DNA from: Myxococcota bacterium
Lineage (GTDB): Bacteria; Myxococcota_A; Polyangia; Polyangiales; Houyiibacteriaceae
Assembly: GCA_039177115.1 (NCBI GenBank)
Contig: JBCDFZ010000022.1
Span: 19,365-83,364, forward strand
Reading direction: 5' to 3'
Length of the DNA stretch: 64,000 nt
Shown here: in pieces, positions 37,059 through 46,952 of the stretch
Layout: each line of letters begins with the position of its first letter
Position numbering within the stretch: the stretch's first letter is position 1
Notes under the pieces: generated by a model
The model's input: the letters and a program-made list of their open reading frames with translations, nothing else
Databases searched by the model: none
What the model was told of the DNA's origin: nothing
Made by a program: the position numbers and the translations under genes

Positions 37059-37433
37059 TCAGTCTCGGCAGTTCGAGTCGGGGTCGCGCGTGATCAGGTG
37101 CCGGAGACCGTCCTGATGACCGATCCACGCCTCGACTACGGAGGCCGGTGCGCTGTGGTCGCGAAGCGTGTCCTTGAGGATCTGCCTTCGTCGATCGAAC
37201 TGGCCGCCGAGAATTCGGTGCGGACGATGAGCCTGGTCGAGTGGACGGCCTTCGTAGGCAAGAGATGCACCGAGTGCGCGAGCAGCGTGCTGAAACTCAA
37301 ACCTCTTGATGCGTTCGCGTTCTGCACGAAGAAAGAGAAAGCCGATCATCGTGTCGTCGAAACAGCGGTCGATGAAATCGTCGATGATCGCGCGAAGCTC
37401 CACTTCGCCGCCGAGCTGCTCATAAAGGCTCAT
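37059..37433 (-). CDS. Group-I-like truncated haemoglobin (2-on-2 globin)
   Basis: 124 aa. Aligns without gaps to the trHbN pattern (SLYEQLGG...DDFIDRCF...ALGASLAYEGRPLDQAH), with the proximal His retained. Confidence 0.8.
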   Translation of the reverse strand: MSLYEQLGGEVELRAIIDDFIDRCFDDTMIGFLFLRAERERIKRFEFQHAARALGASLAYEGRPLDQAHRPHRILGGQFDRRRQILKDTLRDHSAPASVVEAWIGHQDGLRHLITRDPDSNCRD

Positions 37434-37466
37434 ACTTGAAGAACGTGATTCAAGGCTCGCGGTCGA

Positions 37467-39977
37467 TCAAGTTGCGGCATCTTGACCGAGCAGCTCCCCC
37501 AAACGCGCCAAGGTGTTCTGGACGTCGAGCTCGACGTCGAGCGCATCGGCCAGCGCGTCACCCTCTTCGAGGATGCGCGCGGGAACCGTGAAGATGTTGA
37601 AAGAGGAGGGGTCGAGCGAGAGACTGATCTCATCCCAGACGAGAGGCGTCGAAACGGGCGCGCCTGGAACTTCCCGCACCGAGTACGGTGCCACGATGGT
37701 GCGATGTCGACCGGTCTGTCCGACGTCGATCAGGACCTTCTGCCCGCGCTTTTCCTTCCGCCGCTCCATCGTTGCGATGTCGGGGTGCCGCTGTAGGACC
37801 AGTCGTCCGATCAGCTCAAGGAGCTGCTTCGCAGTGTCCCAGGGCAAACCCTCGCCGAGCGGCACCAGCACGTGGAGGCCGGTCTTTCCCGACGTTTTCG
37901 GAAACCCCTCTAGTCCCACCTGCTCGAGAAGCTCTTTGATGGTGAGCGCGATGGGGATCGCTTCTCGGAGAGAAGCGAGCTCGACGTCGAGGTCGAGCGT
38001 GAGAAAGTCGCAAGTGTCGAGATGCTCCGCGTGCGAGGCGATGACGTGCAGCGGGATGCAGCCGAGATTGGCGACGTACATCAACGAGCTCAGGTCGTTC
38101 ACGAGAATGGTGTTGACGTCCTTGCCGTCCTCTTTTTCCGAGCGAAGGCTGAGCGAACGGAGCCAGGAAGGAGCCCGCGGAGGGATTCGCCATTGAAAGA
38201 AGCTCTTGCCCTCGATGCCGTCCGGGAATCGAACGAGGGTGACGGGGCGGTTTTCGAGGTGAGGTAGGAGCGTTGGGGCGATGGCTTCGTAGTAGTCACA
38301 GAGATCGCCTTTCGTGATCCCGTCGCTCGGCCAGAACACCTTTCCTTGGTTGGTGAGCTTGGCCTTGTCGACTACCCGGTCGGCCTCTGCATCCGGCGCC
38401 CCCGATTCGTCGACCATCGTGGCATCCTCGAGCTTTGGGTCGACGGTCACGTCGTCAGGAGCGATGTCGGTTCGAATTCCGAGGTACACCGGGTGCCGGA
38501 GATTCCCGTCGTCCGTCCAGCCGGCGTACCGAACACGAACCACCAAAGGCTCGTCGGCGTCGAGCAGCTTCAACAGCTTGCTCGCCTCTTTGTCGGAGAT
38601 TCCGCTTCCGACGTGACCCCGCGTCTCGAGCGTGCCGTCTCGGTAGCTCGCGAGCGCCAACGACCCGAGCCTGGCCCGGCTTCCGTTGCCGGGTTTGTAC
38701 CCCGTGGCGATGAAATCGTCTTCGCGCACGCGCTTGATCTTGATCCACTGGCCGGATCGGCTTGGACCGACGCGGTAGGGCGAGTCGCTCCGTTTGGCCA
38801 CCATCCCCTCGAGCTCCTGTTGCTCGCAGAAGGCGAAGAGGGCGCTTCCGTCGTCCTCGAAGAAGTCGAGTGCTCGAATGACCCCGTCTCCGCGCACGAC
38901 CTCGCCGAGAATCTCCTTTCGCTCGAGCAGGGTGAGAGGCCGGAGGTCGAGGTCGCCGATCCGAAGGATGTCGAATGCGATGAATACGACCGGCACCGCG
39001 TCGCGCAGGAACCGAACATCCCCGGCGCGTCGGGCGTGCAGGCGACTCGCGAGCTTGTGGAACGATGGGTGTCCGACCTCGTCGAACGTGATGATTTCGC
39101 CATCGAGCAACACCTGCTTCGCCAGGAGTGTCTTCAGCGCCTCGACGACCTCGGGAAAGCTCGCCGTGGCCGAACGATGCGTTCGGTAGAAAAGTCGCGC
39201 GTCGTCTCCGTCACGCTCGGCGAGGATACGGACGCCATCGAGCTTGAGCTCATAAACCCAGCCCGGGCGGTCGACCGGCGCCTCTTCGAGACTGCAGAGC
39301 ATCGGGACCGTGCGGCTTGCCTTGACCTCTCCGGCCTTGGCGCCGAGCTCGACCGCCTGCGCTAGCAACTTCTCGTAGTGTTGCTCGGCGTCGCGCAGCT
39401 CGTCGACGGTGAGGCCTGAAAGTACGCTTCGAGGGCGTGACGCGACGATGTCGACCTCGCTCGCAAAGATGTCATCTCGCTTGATCAGCAGCCACTGGTT
39501 CTGCTGTGGGTTGGGCTGCTTTGACGGGCGCACCAGGCTGAAGCGCCCCTTGAGCTTGAATCCGTCGAGCTCGAAAGAGAGTGCACCCTCCTCGAGGCCC
39601 GCTTCGGCCGGGTCACGGGGGTACCCGACGCGACCACGGTCCCAGACGATCATCGAGCCTGCGCCGTAGTTCCCGTCTGGGATCACGCCTTCGAAGTCGA
39701 GATATCGAAGCGGATGCGGCTCGGTCTGAACGGCGAGTCGTTTGTCGTCGAGACGAAGGCTCGGCCCTTTGGGAACGGCGAAGCTCTGGAGGACACCGCC
39801 GACTTGGATACGCAGGTCGTAGTGCAGCGATCGAGCGGCGTGGCAGTGCACCACGAAGTGCCCACGCCTCGTGGCCCCGCTCCTGCGCGTGGGTTCAGCG
39901 TCGAACGGTTCCGTGGTTTTGCTGGGATCCCGCTTTTTACGGTACCGCGAGAGCCCCTTGTCAGGTGGCTTACTCAA
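37467..39977 (-). CDS. ligD: ATP-dependent DNA ligase D, domain order phosphoesterase-ligase-polymerase
   Basis: 836 aa. N-terminal PE domain (FVVHCHAARSLHYDLRIQVGG, PKGPS). Ligase adenylation motif YELKLDGVR. C-terminal primase-polymerase domain (VTLVRFPDGIEGKSFFQ...TLDLD...KTSGKTGLHV). Confidence 0.93.
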   Translation of the reverse strand: MSKPPDKGLSRYRKKRDPSKTTEPFDAEPTRRSGATRRGHFVVHCHAARSLHYDLRIQVGGVLQSFAVPKGPSLRLDDKRLAVQTEPHPLRYLDFEGVIPDGNYGAGSMIVWDRGRVGYPRDPAEAGLEEGALSFELDGFKLKGRFSLVRPSKQPNPQQNQWLLIKRDDIFASEVDIVASRPRSVLSGLTVDELRDAEQHYEKLLAQAVELGAKAGEVKASRTVPMLCSLEEAPVDRPGWVYELKLDGVRILAERDGDDARLFYRTHRSATASFPEVVEALKTLLAKQVLLDGEIITFDEVGHPSFHKLASRLHARRAGDVRFLRDAVPVVFIAFDILRIGDLDLRPLTLLERKEILGEVVRGDGVIRALDFFEDDGSALFAFCEQQELEGMVAKRSDSPYRVGPSRSGQWIKIKRVREDDFIATGYKPGNGSRARLGSLALASYRDGTLETRGHVGSGISDKEASKLLKLLDADEPLVVRVRYAGWTDDGNLRHPVYLGIRTDIAPDDVTVDPKLEDATMVDESGAPDAEADRVVDKAKLTNQGKVFWPSDGITKGDLCDYYEAIAPTLLPHLENRPVTLVRFPDGIEGKSFFQWRIPPRAPSWLRSLSLRSEKEDGKDVNTILVNDLSSLMYVANLGCIPLHVIASHAEHLDTCDFLTLDLDVELASLREAIPIALTIKELLEQVGLEGFPKTSGKTGLHVLVPLGEGLPWDTAKQLLELIGRLVLQRHPDIATMERRKEKRGQKVLIDVGQTGRHRTIVAPYSVREVPGAPVSTPLVWDEISLSLDPSSFNIFTVPARILEEGDALADALDVELDVQNTLARLGELLGQDAAT

Positions 39978-40015
39978 CTCTTCGCCAATCTCAGCTTGCG
40001 ATCTATCATGTTCCG

Positions 40016-40885
40016 GTGCCCGCGCGCGCCATTAGCTCTGGGACGCTGTCCTTTGGCCTCGTGTCGATCCCATTCAAGGTGTACACCGCCGCCAGCGCGG
40101 AGGGCGTGAAGTTTCATCAGCTGCACAGGAAGAGCGGGGGCCGCATCAAGTACCAGCTCTACAGTCCCGCCGACGACGCGGTGGTCGAGCGCAGCGACCT
40201 GGTGAAGGGCTACGAGTACGCGAAGGGACAGTACGTTCGCTTCGAACCCGAAGAGCTCAAGGCACTCGAAGAGGAGAGAACGCACAACCTCGAGATCATC
40301 GAGTTCGTGCCCCTCGACTCAGTGGACTTCGTCTACGTGGAGAAGTCGTACTACCTCGGCCCCGACAAGGGTGGGCACAAAGCGTATCGATTGCTCTCGG
40401 AGGCCATGCGTGAAACTGGGCGCGTCGCGCTCGGGCACCACATTGCGCGTGGCAAGAGCCATCTCGTCGTGATTCGCCCCTACCACGCAGGGCTGATCAT
40501 GCATCAGGTCTTCTACGCAAACGAGGTGCGAGACTTTAGCGACATCGACCTCGGCGAAGAGGTGAAGTTCAAGCCTGCCGAAACGAAAATGGCCAAGCAG
40601 CTCATCGAGCAGCTCAGCGAAGACGCGTTCGAGCCCGAGAAGTTCCGGGACGAGTTTCGCGCGCGCGTGCTCGAGGCTGTGGAAGAGAAGATCGCGGGTC
40701 ACGAGATCACCGCGAGTCCGGAAGCTCCCCAGGCTAAGGTCATCGACCTGTTCGAGGCTCTGAAGGCGAGCGTCGAGCAGTCCGAAGGGTCGCGCAAAGG
40801 CAAACTGAAGCCGCCCAAGAAGGCGGCGAGGAAAGCGTCCACCAAGAAGGCCAAGAAGAAAACCGCCGCGAGCAAAGACGAATAG
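40016..40885 (+). CDS. ku: Ku end-binding protein with Lys-rich C-terminal tail
   Basis: In-frame GTG within ORF 39581-40885 gives (M)PARAISSGTLSFGLVSIPFKVYTA, the canonical bacterial Ku N-terminus. Tail KGKLKPPKKAARKASTKKAKKK. Divergent from ligD with a spacer of about 38 bp. Confidence 0.9.
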   Translation: MPARAISSGTLSFGLVSIPFKVYTAASAEGVKFHQLHRKSGGRIKYQLYSPADDAVVERSDLVKGYEYAKGQYVRFEPEELKALEEERTHNLEIIEFVPLDSVDFVYVEKSYYLGPDKGGHKAYRLLSEAMRETGRVALGHHIARGKSHLVVIRPYHAGLIMHQVFYANEVRDFSDIDLGEEVKFKPAETKMAKQLIEQLSEDAFEPEKFRDEFRARVLEAVEEKIAGHEITASPEAPQAKVIDLFEALKASVEQSEGSRKGKLKPPKKAARKASTKKAKKKTAASKDE

Positions 40886-40891
40886 GGCGTC

Positions 40892-42229
40892 GTGGGAGAG
40901 GTGGATCGCGAGCTTACCGACCATTCGTTTCGCCTTTGCCAGCAGCTGCTGCGAATCGATACCACCAACCCACCCGGCAACGAGCGTGAGGCCGCGGAAC
41001 TGGTCGCCGACGAGCTGAGCAGCGCAGGCCTCGACCCCACCGTTCTCGAAGCCAAACCGAAGCGCACCAACGTGGTTACGCGGCTGAAGGGAACGGGAGA
41101 GAAACCCCCGCTCTTGCTTTGTGCGCACCTCGACGTCGTCGAGTCCGACCCGGAGATGTGGGACTACCCGCCGTTTTGTGGAGAAGTCCACGACGGTTGC
41201 CTCTGGGGGCGCGGCGCCATCGACATGAAGAACATGGCCGCGATGTCGGCCGCGATCATGGTGCGGCTTGCGCGCGAGGGCGTGAAGCCCAAACGCGACC
41301 TGATCTTCGCGGCCGTGGCGGATGAGGAAGCAGGCTGCCGACAAGGGTCCCTCTGGCTCTCAGAGAACCACCCGGACCTGATTCGGAGCGAGTTCGCCGT
41401 GGGGGAGGGGGGCGGCTTCAACATTCAGATCGCCGGTCGCACTTTCTATACGATCGAAGTGGCAGAAAAGGGCGTCGCTTGGATGAAGGCCCGGGTCACG
41501 GGGGAACCAGGGCACGGTTCCATGCCGCGGCGGGACTCAGCCGTCGTGAAGATGAGCGAGGCCATCGCGCGGCTCGGAAAGGAAGGCCTCCCGAGGCACA
41601 GCTCGGCCGAGGTGCGAGCGTTCGTCGACGAACTCGCGTCGCATCTTCCGCCGCCCGTCCGGCCGCTCGTCAAGATGCTTGCCAGCCCTAGGCTCGGCCC
41701 GTACGCGCTCAACCTGATTCCCGACCCGTCGGTGCGACGAGGCTTCAGTGCGCTGCTCGGGAACACGGCCTCGCCGACGATTCTGCGCGCCGGAAACAAG
41801 ACCAACGTGATTCCGGGCGTGGCCGAGGCGGAGATCGACGCCCGCATCTTGCCTGGGCAAACCGAAGAAGACGTGCTCCGCGAGATTCGCGAGGTGCTCG
41901 GCCCCGGTGTCGAGCTCGACGTGTTCCACAGCTTTGCGCCGACGGTGACACAGCCGAAGGAGTCCGCTCTGTACTCGGCCATTCACGACGTGATGGCCGA
42001 ACGCGCCCCTGGGGACCCCGTGGTGCCTTTCGTCCTGACCGCGTTCACCGATGCAACCGCGTTCACCCGACTCGGTGCACGCTGGTACGGTTTCGCCCCG
42101 GTGCGATTGCCTCCCGGCATGCGTTTCGCGGACATGTTCCACGGCCACAACGAGCGCATTCCGGTCGACGGCTTGGCATGGGGCACGGAGACGCTCTACG
42201 AAGTCGTCCGCCGGACGCTCGAGGTCTAG
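40892..42229 (+). CDS. M20/M25/M40 family metallopeptidase
   Basis: 445 aa. LLLCAHLDVV, GRGAIDMKN and DEEAG motifs. 6 nt after the ku stop. Confidence 0.88.
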   Translation: MGEVDRELTDHSFRLCQQLLRIDTTNPPGNEREAAELVADELSSAGLDPTVLEAKPKRTNVVTRLKGTGEKPPLLLCAHLDVVESDPEMWDYPPFCGEVHDGCLWGRGAIDMKNMAAMSAAIMVRLAREGVKPKRDLIFAAVADEEAGCRQGSLWLSENHPDLIRSEFAVGEGGGFNIQIAGRTFYTIEVAEKGVAWMKARVTGEPGHGSMPRRDSAVVKMSEAIARLGKEGLPRHSSAEVRAFVDELASHLPPPVRPLVKMLASPRLGPYALNLIPDPSVRRGFSALLGNTASPTILRAGNKTNVIPGVAEAEIDARILPGQTEEDVLREIREVLGPGVELDVFHSFAPTVTQPKESALYSAIHDVMAERAPGDPVVPFVLTAFTDATAFTRLGARWYGFAPVRLPPGMRFADMFHGHNERIPVDGLAWGTETLYEVVRRTLEV

Positions 42230-42244
42230 CGCCCTAGCGGCGAC

Positions 42245-42970
42245 TCACCAGGTTTCGCCAAACGGCCGGAGGTCGAGCTCGAAGGTCCACGCGTTCTTCG
42301 GCTGCTGATGCAGCATGAGATAGGACTCTGCGATGCTCCTCGGATCGAGGAGCCCGTCTTCACCTTTCGATGATGCCAGTTCCGGCATCGACTCATGCAC
42401 GCGAGGCACGTCGATGATGCCGTCTACGATCACGTGGGCCACGTGGACACCCTGCGGGCCGAGCTCCTTCGCCATACTTTGAGCCACGGCTCGAAGGCCG
42501 TGTTTGCCAGAGGCGAAGGCCGAGAAGCGGGCGCTTGCCTTGAGGGCCGCCGTGGCGCCCGTGAAGATAATCGTCCCCGATCCGCGCGGGACCATGCGCC
42601 GTGCGGCCTCGCGACCCACCAAAAAGCCGCCGAGCGATGAGGCGCGCCACATCGCCTCGAAGTCTTCGACGGTCGCATCCAAGATCGACGCGGTGGTAAA
42701 CCCCGCGGCGTTGAACACAGCGACCTCTACGCCACCGAGAGAACCCTCGGCGTCCTCGAAGAGCGACACCACAGCCGCCTCGTCGGAAGCGTCGACGCCG
42801 AAGGCCTTGGCAGAGCCCCCCGCCTGAGTGATCTCTTCGACCAGCGGTGCGAGTGCGTCCGCGTTTCGACGCGCGAGAGCCAACGCGTATCCCTCGGCGG
42901 CGAACCGTTTGGCCACCTCGGCCCCCGTTCCGGTTCCCGCCCCCACAATCACCGCACACCGTGAATCCAT
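42245..42970 (-). CDS. SDR-family oxidoreductase (atypical: catalytic Tyr position is Phe)
   Basis: Internal Met of ORF 42245-43063. VIVGAGTGTGAEVAKRFAAEG. SAFASGKHGLRA sits where SDRs carry YxxxK. Confidence 0.85.
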   Translation of the reverse strand: MDSRCAVIVGAGTGTGAEVAKRFAAEGYALALARRNADALAPLVEEITQAGGSAKAFGVDASDEAAVVSLFEDAEGSLGGVEVAVFNAAGFTTASILDATVEDFEAMWRASSLGGFLVGREAARRMVPRGSGTIIFTGATAALKASARFSAFASGKHGLRAVAQSMAKELGPQGVHVAHVIVDGIIDVPRVHESMPELASSKGEDGLLDPRSIAESYLMLHQQPKNAWTFELDLRPFGETW

Positions 42971-43122
42971 CCCGACCTCCAATCGAACGATATGTGGCCC
43001 GTCCGTCGAGTGAGAAGCCCCGGACTTCAAAAAGAGGACAGGCGGCTTTTCGCAAAGGTTCATCGCGATGAAAGCCCCGAGGACGCGGGTCCCAGCCGAA
43101 GAGAGTGCTACAAGGGGACCCG

Positions 43123-43440
43123 ATGGCTTGGATCTATCTCCTGGTGGCCGGCGTGTTCGAGATCGGGTGGCCTGTCGGCCTCAAGCTCGGTTGGACGAAA
43201 GAGGGCTTTCGATGGGGTTGGATCGCGTTTTCCCTCGTCTGCATCGTCGCGAGCGGTGCGCTGCTTCTCCTCGCACAGCGTACGATTCCGATCGGCACCG
43301 CGTATGCGGTCTGGACCGGCATCGGAGCGGTCGGAACGTTCCTGATTGGCGTTGGTTTCTTTGGAGACGCGGCAACGTTGGCCCGCTTCTTCTTCGTCGG
43401 CCTCATCGTGATGGGCGTCATCGGACTCCGCCTCACCTAG
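43123..43440 (+). CDS. sugE: SMR-family small multidrug/guanidinium exporter, SugE (Gdx)-like
   Basis: Met 7 of ORF 43105-43440. MAWIYLLVAGVFEIGWPVGLK (essential Glu in TM1) and IGTAYAVWTGIGAVGT. 105 aa. Confidence 0.9.
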   Translation: MAWIYLLVAGVFEIGWPVGLKLGWTKEGFRWGWIAFSLVCIVASGALLLLAQRTIPIGTAYAVWTGIGAVGTFLIGVGFFGDAATLARFFFVGLIVMGVIGLRLT

Positions 43441-43509
43441 TGAGAGCGAGACGGCGAGCCGAACAGGTTCGAGCGTGACGACCTCCGAAGAGGGGGCCTG
43501 CCGTCCTCG

Positions 43510-45339
43510 TCAGTGGTCTTCGAACTGGCCGCGCGCTTCAAGCGCATTGAGGATGATGTCGACCGCCTTGTCGATCCGCACTTCGTCGAGTGAGACCGTC
43601 ACGTCTGGGTTTTCGGGCGGTTCGAAGCCCGAGAAGTCGGCGTCGGGCCGTCGTTCCCGGCAAAGAGCTTCGTCGGTGTTGACGTAGACCTGAACCACGC
43701 GGTTCTCGCCGAGGCGGTCCACGAGTTCGGCCCGGTCCTTCTTGGTCGGGCTCGGGAACGCGCAGATGTTGATGAGGCCGGCGTCGGTCACGGCTTTCGC
43801 AGCCGAAATCATCGAGCGCAGGTCTTCGCCCACGGGACTCACCACGGTGGCGGTGCGCCCTTGGTCGAAGAGCTTTCGCTCGAGGGCGTAGGCGAGCGTC
43901 CATCGGCCCGAACCTGGGAGGCCGGTGAGCCAGACGGTTGCGCCGCGTTGCCCGAACCGTTCCATGCGCTCTGCGGGGCTCACGAAGGTCTTCGGCTCCA
44001 TCGCCGATTCGGCGTGGAGCTCCTTCATGGCGTCCTCGAGGTTCTGCGACGATCCCTCGAGCGCGATCATCCCTGCGGCGACCGTGTTGTTCGTGAGCGA
44101 GTCGATGACGATGAACGCGCCGGTTTGCCGGTTGCGCGCGTAGTCGTCGACGTACAGCGCGCGATGGCAGCTGATGTGCACCTTGGCGATGTCGTTCAGG
44201 CGGATACCGTCGGTCGGCTTCTCTTCGAGGGTATCCATGTCGACCTCGAAGTGAATCTTGTCGATCTGGGCGCGGACTGTCTGCGTGGTGTGCTTGACCA
44301 AGTAGGCCTTCTCGGTGTCGAGTGGCTTTTCGTGCATCCACACCATGAACGCGTCGAACCGTCGCGTCGCGCGCGGGAGGTTGTTGGGCTTCACCAGCAT
44401 GTCGCCGCGGCTGATGTCGATCTCGTCTTCTAGGCGAATGGTGACCGACTGCGCGGCGAACGCCTCGTCGATCTCACCCTCGAAAGTGTCGATCGCCTTG
44501 ACCCGCGAGGTCTTGCCGGAGGGCAACGACACTACGTCGTCGCCCTTTTTGATGACGCCGGACGCCACCTCGCCCGCAAAACCGCGGTAGTCGAGGTCGG
44601 GCCGGATGACGTACTGGACTGGGTAGCGAAAGTCGTCGAAGTTGCGGTCGGCGGAGACGGGGACCGTCTCGAGGTACTCGAGCACGTTGGGTCCGTCGTA
44701 CCAAGGCGTGTTCTCGCTGTTGCTCACCACGTTGTCGCCGAGGAGCGCGCTCACGGGAAACGCCTGGATGTCCTTGAACCGAAGCGTCTTTCCGAACTCC
44801 ATGAAGTCGGCTCGAATCGAGTCGAAGACGTCTTTCGAGAACTCCTTCAAGTCCATCTTGTTGACGCAGACGGCGAGGTGCGGAATGCCGAGAAGCGACG
44901 CGATGTACGCGTGTCGCCGGGACTGCTGCAGCACACCGTAGCGGGCATCGATCAGAATGAGCGCCACGTCCGCGGTGGAGGCGCCGGTGACCATGTTTCG
45001 CGTGTACTGGATATGCCCAGGCGTGTCCGCGATGATGAACTTACGCTTGTCGGTCGCGAAGTAGCGGTAGGCCACGTCGATCGTGATGCCCTGCTCGCGC
45101 TCCGCCTTGAGCCCGTCGGTGAGGAGGGCCAGGTCGGGTTCGTCGCTCTGGGAGGCGGCACGCACGGCGGCCATCTGATCTTCGAACACCATCCCGGTGT
45201 CGTAGAGAATCCGTCCGATCAGCGTGGACTTGCCGTCGTCGACGGAGCCGACCGAGACGAATCGCAGCAGCTCCTTCTTCCGATATTTTGCGAGATACGC
45301 TTCGATATCCTCGCGGATGAGTTCCTTTTCGTCGGTCAT
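43510..45339 (-). CDS. cysN: Sulfate adenylyltransferase subunit 1 fused to an APS-kinase-like C-terminal domain (CysN/CysC-type)
   Basis: GTPase domain FVSVGSVDDGKSTLIGRIL, DTPGH and NKMD. The C-terminal about 158 aa align to CysC, with the P-loop as GLPGSGRWT. Confidence 0.9.
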   Translation of the reverse strand: MTDEKELIREDIEAYLAKYRKKELLRFVSVGSVDDGKSTLIGRILYDTGMVFEDQMAAVRAASQSDEPDLALLTDGLKAEREQGITIDVAYRYFATDKRKFIIADTPGHIQYTRNMVTGASTADVALILIDARYGVLQQSRRHAYIASLLGIPHLAVCVNKMDLKEFSKDVFDSIRADFMEFGKTLRFKDIQAFPVSALLGDNVVSNSENTPWYDGPNVLEYLETVPVSADRNFDDFRYPVQYVIRPDLDYRGFAGEVASGVIKKGDDVVSLPSGKTSRVKAIDTFEGEIDEAFAAQSVTIRLEDEIDISRGDMLVKPNNLPRATRRFDAFMVWMHEKPLDTEKAYLVKHTTQTVRAQIDKIHFEVDMDTLEEKPTDGIRLNDIAKVHISCHRALYVDDYARNRQTGAFIVIDSLTNNTVAAGMIALEGSSQNLEDAMKELHAESAMEPKTFVSPAERMERFGQRGATVWLTGLPGSGRWTLAYALERKLFDQGRTATVVSPVGEDLRSMISAAKAVTDAGLINICAFPSPTKKDRAELVDRLGENRVVQVYVNTDEALCRERRPDADFSGFEPPENPDVTVSLDEVRIDKAVDIILNALEARGQFEDH

Positions 45340-45363
45340 CGCCCTGTTTCGCGCTCGTCGCGC

Positions 45364-46278
45364 CTAGAAGTACCCTTCGCGCTTCTTGGCTTCCATCGAC
45401 CCTTCTTCGTCGAAGTCGATGAGCCGCCCCTGCCGCTCCGAAAAACGGTTGAGCAGCATTTCCTGAATTACCTTCGGCACCGTGTCCGCGGTGGACTCGA
45501 CTGCGCCACTCAACGGATAGCACCCGAGCGTGCGAAACCGCACTCGCTTCATTTGGGGCTTCTCGCCTTCTTCGAGCCGCATCCGATCGTCGTCGACCAT
45601 GATCCACGTACCGGAACGCTCTACCACTGGGCGCTCTGCCGCGAAGTAGAGCGGGACCACGGCGATGTTCTCGAGCCAGACGTAGAGCCAGACGTCGAGC
45701 TCGGTCCAGTTGCTGAGCGGGAACACGCGGACGTTTTCGCCCTTCTTTATCTTCGCGTTGAACACGTTCCAGAGCTCGGGACGCTGGTTCTTCGGGTCCC
45801 ACTGATGATGAGCGTCCCGGAACGAGAAGATGCGCTCCTTCGCGCGGGATTTTTCCTCGTCGCGCCGGGCTCCACCGAACGCGCAGTCGAACTCATACTT
45901 GCTTAGCGCCTGCTTGAGCGCGTCGGTCTTCATGATGTCGGTGTGCTTCTTGCTGCCGAAGTCGAAGGGGTTGACCCCCATTTTCACACCGTCCTGGTTG
46001 ACGTACTTGATCAGCTCGCCGTTGAGTTCGTTCTCGACCTGGTCGCGGTAGCGATACATGTCCTGGAACTTCCAGGTGGTGTCCACGTGCAGCAGCGGGA
46101 ACGGGAGCGGCCCCGGCGCGAACGCTTTCACAGCCAACCGCAGCATCACCGACGAGTCTTTCCCGACCGAATACATCATGACGGGGTTGTCGAACTCGGC
46201 CGCGGCCTCACGTAAGATCTGAATGCTCTCGGCCTCGAGCTGTCGAAGTTGGCTGAGTTTGTGATCGGGAATGTTCAC
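45364..46278 (-). CDS. cysD: Sulfate adenylyltransferase subunit 2
   Basis: [39 protein letters not shown] (PP-loop SxGxDS). An in-frame GTG at 46278 gives 304 aa, typical of CysD. The ORF extends to 46401. Confidence 0.9.
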   Translation of the reverse strand: MNIPDHKLSQLRQLEAESIQILREAAAEFDNPVMMYSVGKDSSVMLRLAVKAFAPGPLPFPLLHVDTTWKFQDMYRYRDQVENELNGELIKYVNQDGVKMGVNPFDFGSKKHTDIMKTDALKQALSKYEFDCAFGGARRDEEKSRAKERIFSFRDAHHQWDPKNQRPELWNVFNAKIKKGENVRVFPLSNWTELDVWLYVWLENIAVVPLYFAAERPVVERSGTWIMVDDDRMRLEEGEKPQMKRVRFRTLGCYPLSGAVESTADTVPKVIQEMLLNRFSERQGRLIDFDEEGSMEAKKREGYF

Positions 46279-46406
46279 GGGCGGCTTCCTACGGCAGTCT
46301 TCGATCGGACGCCAGTCTATACGGCACCAATGTACGACTTCCAACCCATGGATCAGACGAAGCGGCGGCAAACCCGCGGTCATGCTAAATATTTCACGCA
46401 ACAGCC

Positions 46407-46952
46407 ATGTCTGCGATCGTTTGGATGGATCTAGAAATGAGCGGGCTCGATCCGGAGCGCGACCGCATCTTGGAGATCGCCGTCCTCGTAACGGATGGCG
46501 AGCTGAACGTGACCGCAGAGGGCCCCAATCTGGTGGTTCACCAGCCTGATGAGGTTCTCGCAGGCATGGACGAGTGGAACACGAGTCATCACGGCCAGTC
46601 GGGCCTCACCAAGCGCGTTCGCGAGTCCACCGTCGACGAAGCCCAGGTGTCGGCCGCGATCCTCGACTTTCTCGGCGAGCACACCGAAAAGGGCAAAGCG
46701 CCTCTTGCCGGAAACTCCATTCACCAAGATCGTCGATTCCTCTCACGCTATCTTCCTGAGGTCGAGGCCTGGCTTCATTACCGGAACGTCGACGTGTCGA
46801 CGGTGAAGGAGCTGGCTCGGCGCTGGTATCCCATCGAGTACGGTGGTCGCCCCAACAAGAAGGGAAGCCACCGCGCTATGGACGACATCCTCGAGTCGAT
46901 CGCCGAGCTCAAGTACTACCGCGAGGCCGTGTTCAAACCATCCCCATCATGA
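46407..46952 (+). CDS. orn: Oligoribonuclease
   Basis: 181 aa. [22 protein letters not shown] (DEDDh exo I), [11 protein letters not shown] and [11 protein letters not shown]. Confidence 0.93.
   Translation: MSAIVWMDLEMSGLDPERDRILEIAVLVTDGELNVTAEGPNLVVHQPDEVLAGMDEWNTSHHGQSGLTKRVRESTVDEAQVSAAILDFLGEHTEKGKAPLAGNSIHQDRRFLSRYLPEVEAWLHYRNVDVSTVKELARRWYPIEYGGRPNKKGSHRAMDDILESIAELKYYREAVFKPSPS

Noticed and set aside
42971-43122. Possible guanidine riboswitch upstream of sugE
   Set aside because: SugE/Gdx genes often follow guanidine-I/II/III riboswitches, so I looked for one. The leader has GGACG-containing hairpin-like segments (CCCGAGGACGCGGG), but no ACGR tetraloop pair (mini-ykkC). The order of the ykkC-like blocks does not fit, and there is no convincing ykkC-III pseudoknot consensus. 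A cmscan against Rfam would settle it.
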